The notes under the pieces were generated by a model, which was given only the letters and a program-made list of their open reading frames with translations, was not told the DNA's origin and did not search any database. A DNA stretch of 60,000 bases. Origin: Squalus acanthias. Lineage: Eukaryota. Positions within the stretch are counted from its first letter, which is position 1. Every line of letters starts with the position of its first letter. The position numbers were made by a program, and so were the translations under genes. The DNA is taken from the NCBI GenBank assembly GCA_030390025.1, contig CM059438.1, positions 54,066,001 through 54,126,000 on the forward strand. Reading direction: 5' to 3'. Positions 51,251-60,000 of the stretch are shown here, one piece after another.

Positions 51251-52904
51251 TAGTACATACCCATTATTCTGACTCTCTGCCTCCTACCTCCACCCAATTC
51301 CCTACCCATGTCAATAGATTGCTTCTAATTCCAGACGCTTTCATTTTTGCTAACAATCTTTTGTGTGGAAGTCCATATAAAGAACATCCATAGACATAGT
51401 CTTATCTACCCTCTTAGGAGAGGAAGAAACCTGGAGTAGCTAAGGGAACATCCTGTGGGGGTGAATGCAGGAGTGGGGAGAAGCGGACTAAACTTCAATA
51501 CTTAGTATTAAAACCCAAAACCGATGAGAAAGAGGGAAGAAAGATGAAGACATAACTTAATGCAGTGGTCAGATGTGGAAGTAAAGAGAAGACGTGGCTT
51601 GAGTAGCGCGAATGTCTATTGTCACCAGTAATGGGTGGGCCTCCACATCCTCTTCAGGTCACTGCTGCTGTTCTAGGTGCCTTCCTCCTTCATACATCTA
51701 TTATGAGGCTTCTCTGTAAGACTGTGTGGTGCAGCAAACAGCACATGACTATAATCCAGCATTTTCTGTTTATATTACATGACTGTTTGACACTAGCCAG
51801 ACTGCTTTAAACAGCGTCTTCACCATTCTAATGATGAGCCGATGATAAAAGCCAAGAGGTAATGACAAGCCTCTATAAAACCTTAAATAGACCTCAGCTG
51901 GAAGACTGCGCGCAGTATTGGGCTCCACACTATAGGAAGGCTTCAGAGAGGGTACAACACATGTTCACCAGGATGTTGCCTGGGATGAAAAAATACAAAT
52001 AAAATGACTTGAAAAATTGGGTTTTATTTCAGAGAACAAGTACAAGTCAATATAATAGAAGTGTTTAAAGTTCTGAAATGATGGGACAGGGTAGGTAGAA
52101 GCAGGCTGTTTCCAGCAGGTCTAGGGGTAGAAAAGGGAGAAAGTGGTGCGGGTGTAAAGGGGGTGGGGTTGGAAAGACGTGATCCGTCTTACCATCTGGA
52201 TCACGTTCTCGCTCTCATTTCCCGCCCCCCCCCCCACTTTAGGCCTGGATCACGTTCATCTCCCATCCCCACTGCGCTCTCCATGCTCCATTACCCCTCC
52301 CAGTTCCTGACTTCTTCCCCCCCCCCCACCTGAGTTCCAGACCTCCTCGCACATCCCCCCAGTTCCTGACCTCCTCTCTCCGCCCCCCAAGTTCCTAACC
52401 TCCTCTCTCACCACCCCAGTTCCTGACCTCCTCTCCCCTTTTAAACTGAGGCCCCGTCTGCTCTCTCAGGTGGACGTAAAAGATCCCATGGCACTATTTT
52501 GAAGAAGAGTAGGGGAGTTATCCCCGGTGTCCTGGCCAATATTTTTCCCTCAACCAACATAACAAAAAAAATTATCTGGTCATTTTCACATTGCTGTTTG
52601 TGGGAGCTTGCTGTGTGCAAATTGGCTGCCGTGTTTCCCTGAAGGTGGCAGGACATATTGAGAGAGTGGTTAACAAAGCATATGGGATCTTGGGCTTCAT
52701 AAATAGAGGTATTGAGTACAAAGGTAGAGAAGTTATGCTGAATCTTTATAAAGCGCTGGTTAGGCCACAACTGGAGTATTGTGTCTAGTTCTGGTCACCA
52801 CACTTTAGGAAGGACGTGAAGGCCCTTGAAGGGTGCAGAGGAGATTTACAAGAATGGTTCCGGGGATGGGGGATCTTAGCTACAAGGACAGATTGGAGAA
52901 GCTG

Positions 52905-53315
52905 TATATATATATATTTTTTTTTATCCACACTTTTTGTTTGGCCTTTTTTTCTTCCCTCCCACATGGCAGCTGTCCTTCATTCTGCCAGCGCATTTCA
53001 CACTTCATCTAGAGCCATCCTTTGTTCCTAAACCTGTCACATTACCACCCCCTCTTGTCTTGAATATCTCTTGTCTCCTGCTTTCTATCCTATCACTGAC
53101 CTTCCCTTTTGTTCTTTCATCCCCTCCCCCATTTCCCCACCCCTAAACCTGCTTTAAAATCTATTTCATTTCCTGCTTTTTTCCAGTTCTGACGAAAGGT
53201 CTTCGACCTGAAACGTTAACTCTGTTTCTCTCTCCACGGATGCTGCCTGGCCTGCTGAGTTTTTCCAGCGTTTTCTGTTGTTATTTCGGATTTCCAGCGT
53301 CCGCAGTATTTTGCT
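52905..53315 (+). mobile_element. Penelope family B terminal fragment
   Basis: 13-bp TSD ATTGGAGAAGCTG (52892-52904, 53316-53328); homologous to 4308-4580 and 1980-2130. Confidence 0.88.
53185..53221 (+). ncRNA. Minimal hammerhead ribozyme motif (PLE family B)
   Basis: AGTT-CTGACGA-A-AGGTC(TTC)GACCT-GAAACGTT-AACT with perfect helix II. Confidence 0.75.
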
Positions 53316-53899
53316 ATTGGAGAAGCTGGATTTGTTTTCATTAGAACAAAGGCGGTTGAGGGGTGATTTGATCGAGGTGTACAAGATTATGACGGGTTTG
53401 GATAGGCTAGACGGGGAAAGGCTGTTCCCACTAGTTGATGGTACAAGGACTAGGGGACACAGATTTAAGGTTTTGGGCAAGAGATACAGGGGGGATGTGA
53501 GAAAAAACTTTTTTACGCAGCGAGTGGTGAGGATCTGGAATTCGCTGCTGACGGAAGTGGTGGAAGCGGAGACACTCAATGTTTTCAAGGGGAGACTGGA
53601 TAGGCACTTGAGGGAAATAAACTTGCAGGGCTACGGGGATAGAGCGGGGGATTGGGACTGACTGGATTGCTCTACAGAGAGCCGGCACGGACTCGATGGG
53701 CTGAATGGCCTCCTTCTGTGCCGTTATGACTCGATGACATTACAACTGTGACTCCACTTCAAAAGTACTTCATTGGATGTGGTGTTTCCAGACGTCCGGT
53801 GGTCGGGAAAGGCGCTATATAAATGCAAGTCTTTCTTTCCTCTCTCTCCCCCCAAGACTTCCTGACCTCCTCTCTTCTTATCTGTCTCCCTCCGATCCT

Positions 53900-54320
53900 C
53901 TCTTCTCCCCGGGGCCAGCACCGATCCAGTGACTGGCCTGTTCCCACGGCATTATTTAAGGAAAGCCTGGCCCGCGCTGCACGGCAGGCCGCAACTGTTA
54001 GTACTACGCAGGCGCGGCCTTGGGTAAATAGCGCTCATGCGCAGGAGGGGGAATGAGGTGCGCACGCGCGGCTCTGGTCTACCGGCCGCATGCGCAGAAG
54101 GCCACAAACTCTTGGCGCCGTGACTGGCTGCTCCCAGTGCCTGACGTCAGCGTGTGGGCGGAGCGACGCGGCCGCAGGGCGTGTCGGGACCTGGCGGAGC
54201 GCGGGCTGGCTGAGGATGGCCGCCGTGTCGAGGAGTCAGCTGCCCGCCCGGGCTGTGAGTACCGCCGCCCCTCACTACCGCGGGCCCCTCCTGACCCAGG
54301 CACCCGCCCAGAACTATTAA
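53900..54320 (+). promoter_or_regulatory. CpG-island promoter of a second gene
   Basis: NRF1 consensus TGCGCACGCGCG 54059-54070 and CGCATGCGCA 54087-54096; E2F-like TTGGCGCC 54112-54119; full CRE TGACGTCA 54142-54149. Confidence 0.85.
54216..54254 (+). CDS. Probable coding exon 1 of a second gene (MAAVSRSQLPARA)
   Basis: AGGATGG Kozak context inside the CpG island; strong donor GTGAGT at 54255; phase 0 matches the exon at 58044. Confidence 0.7.
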
Positions 54321-54388
54321 GGGGTTTAGCATCTTTAAAAGTGGATAAAGCCGCAGGCCCGGATGAAATGTGTCCCAGGGTGTTAAGA

Positions 54389-54506
54389 GAAGGAGCAGCG
54401 CTCCGAAAGCTTGTGATTTCAAATAAAGCTGTTGGACTATAACCTGGTGTGTGCGACTTCTCACTTTTGTCTACCCCAGTCCAACACCGGCATCTCCGCA
54501 TCATGG
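54389..54506 (+). mobile_element. Penelope family A terminal fragment, truncated within the hammerhead core
   Basis: GAAGGAGCAGCGCTCCGAAAGCTTGTGA...GGCATCTCCGCATCATG matches 3591-3709 but lacks CTGA. Confidence 0.85.
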
Positions 54507-54544
54507 CCACCTTCATTTAGAAAGACATGGATTAATCAGGGACA

Positions 54545-55062
54545 AAAATGAGAAGTCGCACAACACCAGGTTATAGTCCAACAGATTTATTTAATTTTAC
54601 AAGCTTTCGGAGCTGTCGCTCCTTCGTCAGGTAAGTTAGCAATGAGAGAATCTCCCAGAATTCACAATTTGAACCCAGACAAAATCTATTCACATTATTC
54701 GCTACAACAAAGAGCACAGCCAAGACAATGAGATGTGTCCCAGGGGGTCCAACGTGTCAAACCACCTGCTGGCTGCATATCCTGTCAATTTGTGTTCTTG
54801 TGTTAAAAAAAAACCAAAAAAACCCCCAAAAAAAACACCTGGGAAGACCGGCCATGATGTCAAGTCACGTTCTGTATCGTGACATGAACCCGATATCGCG
54901 ATTGAGGCCATCCTCATGAGTGCAGAACTTGGCTATCAGTTTCTGCTCTATGATTTTGCGCTGTCGTGTATCTCGAAGGCCGCCTTGGAGAACGCTTACC
55001 CGCAGATCCGAGGTTTGACACGTTTTTGTCCACCCCAGTCCAACGCCGGCATCTCCACATCA
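54545..55062 (-). mobile_element. Penelope family A insertion: inverted body plus short direct tail
   Basis: 12-bp TSD TAATCAGGGACA (54533-54544, 55063-55074); GIY-YIG C-terminal remnant at ~54875-55010 on the minus strand. Confidence 0.9.
54597..54634 (-). ncRNA. Minimal hammerhead ribozyme motif (PLE family A variant)
   Basis: Reverse strand TTAC-CTGACGA-A-GGAGC(GACA)GCTCC-GAAAGCTT-GTAA; helix I covaries with the 3582 copy. Confidence 0.78.
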
Positions 55063-56359
55063 TAATCAGGGACAGTCAGCATGGATTTGTTAAGGGAAGG
55101 TCGTGTCTGACTAATTTGATTGAAATTTTTGAGGAGGTAACAAGGAGGGTCGATGAGGGTTGTGCGTTTGATGTAGTCTATATGGATTTTAGCCAGGCTT
55201 TTGATAAGGTCCCGTGTGGCAGACTGGTCACGAAAGTAACCAAGTCAAAGTGGCAAGTTAGATCCAAAATTGGCTCAGAGGCAGGAAACAAAGGGTAATG
55301 GTCGAAGGGTGTTTTTGTGACTGGAAGGCTGTTTCCAGTGGGGTTCCACAGGGTTCAGTACTGGGTCCTTTGCTTTTTGTGGTGTATATCAATGATCTAG
55401 ACTTGAATGTGGGAAGTATGATTAAGAAGTTTGCAGATGATGCAAAAATTGGCTGTGTGGTTGATAATGAAGAAGAAAGCTGCAGACTGCTTGGAAGATA
55501 TCAATGGGGTGGGCAGCAACAGTGGCAAATGGAATTCAATCTGGAGAAGTGTGAGGTAATGCATTTGGGGAGGGCTAACAAGGCAAGGGAATGCACTATA
55601 AATGGTAGGACACTGAGAAGTGCAGAAGATCAGAGGGACCTTGGAGTGCATGTCCACAGATCCCTGAAGGTAGCAGGACAGGTAGATAATGTGGTTAAGA
55701 AGGCATACAGAATACTTGCATTTATTAGTCGAGGCATAGAATATACGAGCAGGGAGGTTATGCTTGAACTGTATAAAACACTAGTTAGGCTGCAGCTAGA
55801 ATACTGTGTGCAGTTCTGATCACCACATTACAGGAAAGATGTGATTGCACTAGAGGGGGTACAGAGGAGAGTTACAAAGATGTTGCCTGGGCTGAGGAAA
55901 GATTGGATAGATTGGGGTTGTTTTCTTCAGAACAGAGGAGGCTGAGGGGAGACTTGATTGAGGTGTATAAAATTATGAGGGGCCTAGATAGAGTGGATAG
56001 GAAGGACCTATTTCCCTTAGCAGAAGGGTCAATAACTAAGGGGGATAGATTTAAAGTAATTGGTTGGAGGTTTGAGGGGATTTGAGAAATGTTTTCACCC
56101 AGAGGGTGGAGGCGGTCTGGAACACACTGCCTGAAAGGGTGGTAGAGGCAGAGACCCTAATCACATTTAAATTTATTACTTGGATATGCACTTGAAGTGC
56201 CATAACCGACAAAGCTACGGACCAAGTGCTGGGAAGTGAGATTAGGCTGGATAGCTCTTAGTTGGCTGGCACAGACAAGATGGGCCGAATGGCCTCCTTC
56301 TGTGCTGTAAATTTCTATGAGAGTGGGTGCATACCGCCCCAATCCGTCGCCTGGACCTG

Positions 56360-56406
56360 CACATACTGCCCCCTCTCCACTCCACACACACTGCCCCCTC
56401 TCCACT

Positions 56407-56451
<45 letters not shown>

Positions 56452-56870
56452 CCCCTCTCCACTCCACACACACACACTGCCCCCTCTCCACTCCACACAC
56501 ACACACACTGCCCCCTCTCCACTCCACACACACACACACACTGCCCCCTCTCCACTCCACACACACACACTGCCCCCTCTCCACTCCACACACACACACT
56601 GCCCCCTCTCCACTCCACACACACACACTGCCCCCTCTCCACTCCACACACACACACTGCCCCCTCTCCACTCCACACACACACACTGCCCCCTCTCCAC
56701 TCCACACACACACACTGCCCCCTCTCCACTCCACACACACACACACTGCCCCCTCTCCACTCCACACACACACACTGCCCCCTCTCCACTCCACACACAC
56801 ACTGCCCCCTCTCCACTCCACACACTGCCCCCTCTCCACACACACACACACACACTGCCCCCTCTCCACT

Positions 56871-56915
<45 letters not shown>

Positions 56916-57247
56916 CCCCTCTCCACTCCACACACACACACACACACACACTGCCCCCTCTCCACTCCACACACACACACTGCCCCCTCTCCACTCCACA
57001 CACACACACACTGCCCCCTCTCCACTCCACACACACACACACACACACTGCCCCCTCTCCACTCCACACACACACACACACTGCCCCCTCTCCACTCCAC
57101 ACACACACACACTGCCCCCTCTCCACTCCACACACACACACTGCCCCCTCTCCACTCCACACACACACACTGCCCCCTCTCCACTCCACACACACACACT
57201 GCCCCCTCTCCACTCCACACACACACACACACTGCCCCCTCTCCACT

Positions 57248-57288
<41 letters not shown>

Positions 57289-57860
57289 CCCTCTCCACTC
57301 CACACACACACACTGCCCCCTCTCCACTCCACACACACACACACTGCCCCCTCTCCACTCCACACACACACACACTGCCCCCTCTCCACTCCACACACAC
57401 ACACACACACACTGCCCCCTCTCCACTCCACACACACACACTGCCCCCTCTCCACTCCACACACACACACTGCCCCCTCTCCACTCCACACACACACACA
57501 CTGCCCCCTCTCCACTCCACACACACACACTGCCCCCTCTCCACTCCACACACACACACTCTGCCCCCTCTCCACTCCACACACACACACTGCCCCCTCT
57601 CCACTCCACACACACACTGCCCTGCGTGCCCCCCCCCCCAGGTGCTGCCCCTCCCCCCCCGCCCCCAGGTGCTGCCCCTCCCCCCCCCGCCCCCAGGTGC
57701 TGCCCCTCCCCCCCCCCGCCCCCAGGTGCTGCCCCTCCCCCCCCCGCCCCCAGGTGCTGCCCCTCCCCCCCCCCGCCCCCAGGCGCTGCCCCTCCCCCCC
57801 GCCCCCAGGCGCTGCCCCTCCCCCCCCCCCTCTCCCCCCCCCCCCCCACCAGGCGCGCTG
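56360..57860 (+). repeat. Compound repeat: CTGCCCCCTCTCCACTC-(CA)n units followed by C-rich CCCCAGGTGCTGCCCCTCCCC units
   Basis: Tandem structure read directly; source of the spurious His/Thr and Cys/Val ORFs. Confidence 0.96.
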
Positions 57861-58043
57861 CCCTGAATCAAACAGTCTGCAAAGCGGCTGGTTCATTGAG
57901 CAGCCATGATCATTTGAGTATTTTTCTGTTTCACTGAATGTGTCTGATGCATTTTATTACAATTTGTTACTTGATGTTTGTTTTTTTACTTTGTTTCATA
58001 TCCATCAATTATGGAAAATAATTTTTTCTGCCTCTGGATACAG

Positions 58044-59350
58044 TCTTCATTGGTGGGAAGGAAAGTTTTTACAGAAATTGAACATGGACGTGGGACTGGT
58101 GAAAGAAAGGGGAGTAGCAGGTCTGTCCCACTGACCATCAGTCTGTTGGAGAGCAGCGATGAAGAAGAGGATTGGGTTGGATCAGTTCTGAAGCCTCTTG
58201 ATGTCAGTGAGGTGGTTCCTGAATCTCCAGTGACTACAGCAGATACTTTCACTGTTCCTGAAACACCAGTTAGTGAGATCGCAGCACGACCCAAGTTACT
58301 GATGCCCAGTGTGATGACACCTCTCACCTCCCACACCTGTCGCTCCAGGTTTACCCAATCAAAGGAAAAGAGAGTTAAAGTTCAGCTTTTTTCGAACAGT
58401 GTAAATATTGAAAATGTGAAACCGGTTCCACGACACAGTGCTGCTGGCAAGACTACGAGGCAGGATCCGTTGAGAAATTGTGCAACTCTTTGTCCTGTTA
58501 AGCTGTTTGGGAAGAGATCTGCTGCTAGCCCCGATGATGTACCCAGATCGAAGAAGTGGAAATCAGCCTCGGTGAAGGAGGCAGGTGGTCCCAGGGCCCA
58601 GAACCCACAGAGCTCCTCCGATAGCCTTCTGGAGGAGTGTCTAATGGCTATTAACCAGGCCGCCCCCGGGTCACAGCTGGGCAACTTTGTGAAGAAAACT
58701 GTGAATGGAAAACTCCAAACTGGGAAGACAAGACAATGTGAGAGACGTGTTTTGAAGTCGCTCTCTCCTCCAAACTGTGTATATAAAGGTGCAAAGCTCT
58801 CTGTGACTGCGAGAAGCCAGGTGGGCCAGTTGCTCACATCTACAGCTCTGTTGAGGAATCCCTTCAAGAGAACAGATGCAAAACTGCAGAATGCAAGTTG
58901 TGATTCGGTGTTCGTTCAGATTGCTAGAAAAAAATACAGTGACTGCAGTAAAGGGGATGGAGACTGGAGCCAGGTTCAGTCCACAGTGCCAGCGGGCAAA
59001 GCCTGGTTACAGGCACTGCCAGCAACGAGGGAGGCGAAAGCGGTGAAAATCCCAGGCTCACCTGTGGGACATGACTGTGAACAACATGATGGGAGCAGTA
59101 GACCCGACCGTGTCGATTCAGAGTGCAGAGACTGTGAAGAGGAGCACACTGAATGTAAGGAGGACAAAGGAAGTGCTGTGACAGGAGATTTAGATGTGGA
59201 GTTTTCTCACCAGGCTGAGCTGCATTCCAGTATGTCCAACAAAATCCAGCTCACAAACGCTGCGAAGCAATCAGACGACTCACAAGAAGCAAAGGACAGG
59301 AGCTGCTCGCAGAGTTTAACCAGCGCAGCGGAGAAGCCGAGCTCCTTGAG
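58044..59350 (+). CDS. Large coding exon 2 of the second gene; Ser/Lys-rich, probably disordered N-terminal region (tentatively DNA2-like)
   Basis: Non-repetitive 460-codon ORF 57978..59360; acceptor TTTTTTCTGCCTCTGGATACAG in phase 0 at 58043; candidate donor AG|GTACAG at 59351 just before the stop; no recognisable domain within the window. Confidence 0.8.
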
Positions 59351-60000
59351 GTACAGCTGAAATATTGCCGTCACTTAACCCGCGGTGCGGATTTATTTGT
59401 GTCATTCCAAAAGTGTTCACGTTGAATGATTGACCTTCCCTCTCAGCACTCCGCCCCAGTCTGTCTGTAGAGATTTTATTCGCACAACTTGTTGGATTTG
59501 CTTTCTGTGTCCTGACTGCTCGGTTTAATCAGCAGATGGGGATATATAATATAGAGCAGGCCGGGTGTCCTACACACACTGAAACCCATCCCCGAACCAA
59601 GCCCACATGTGTGGTTTCTGTTTGCCCAGTAATGGAGTGTGTGCACACACCCTGCAGGCAAATGGGAAATCTAGGTGCAGGTGAGTTAAGAGTTAAGGAT
59701 GTGCAGGGTATTGTTGGAGTTTAACTGGGTGACACTGTGCAGTTGAGTGCAGGGCCATACAACCTCTGCAATCCAGCTGGCCAATCCCACAAACGAATAC
59801 TCAATCACCCCTCCCTCGAATATTCATCCCATCCTCCTTTCAGTTTACACCCACTCCTGGGACGATGCATTCCACATTTTCACCCCCTCTGTGAAAGTAG
59901 TTCAGTTTAAACTGTGCTTCTCACCGCTCCTAAACTTGGGCCAATGTCCGTAATTCTAGAGCTTGACAATCTCGAGCATATTATTCAGGTTCAAGTTATC

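Larger units (their letters stand above)
52640..53735 (+). mobile_element. CR1 3' fragment interrupted by a Penelope insertion
   Basis: RT C-terminal peptides continue across 52905-53315. Confidence 0.88.
54320..56320 (+). mobile_element. CR1 LINE RT region and 3' end, interrupted by two Penelope family A pieces
   Basis: Peptides LKVDKAAGPDEMCPRVLRE, RDSQHGFVKGRSCLTNL; ORF 55298..55819. Confidence 0.9.

Noticed and set aside
56157..57937. Six overlapping ORFs of over 500 aa (His/Thr or Cys/Val rich)
   Set aside because: Translations of a (CA)n-containing compound repeat lacking stop codons

Overview
Vertebrate genomic DNA, most likely from a cartilaginous fish (shark), judged from the gene content and the CR1/L2/SINE/Penelope repeat families. 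The main feature is a complete 7-exon eif4e1c gene (aquatic-vertebrate eIF4E paralog) on the + strand. Its CDS is join(4914..4949,19590..19711,26967..27062,32584..32647,35863..35976,38328..38467,42835..42949), 228 aa, with all introns GT-AG and phase-consistent, a CpG-island promoter and a ~1.6 kb 3'UTR. A second CpG-island gene starts at 54216 on the + strand (39-nt coding exon 1 and a ~1.3 kb exon 2) and runs off the window; DNA2 is a tentative, unverified guess. The rest is nested CR1/L2 LINEs, two tRNA-derived SINE families, a decayed Gypsy pol and many minisatellites, several ending just upstream of exons. The most notable non-genic signal is two families of Penelope-like elements carrying minimal hammerhead-ribozyme motifs with covarying stems. 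These include a 517-bp perfect inverted repeat and a fold-back that turns inside the ribozyme helix II.
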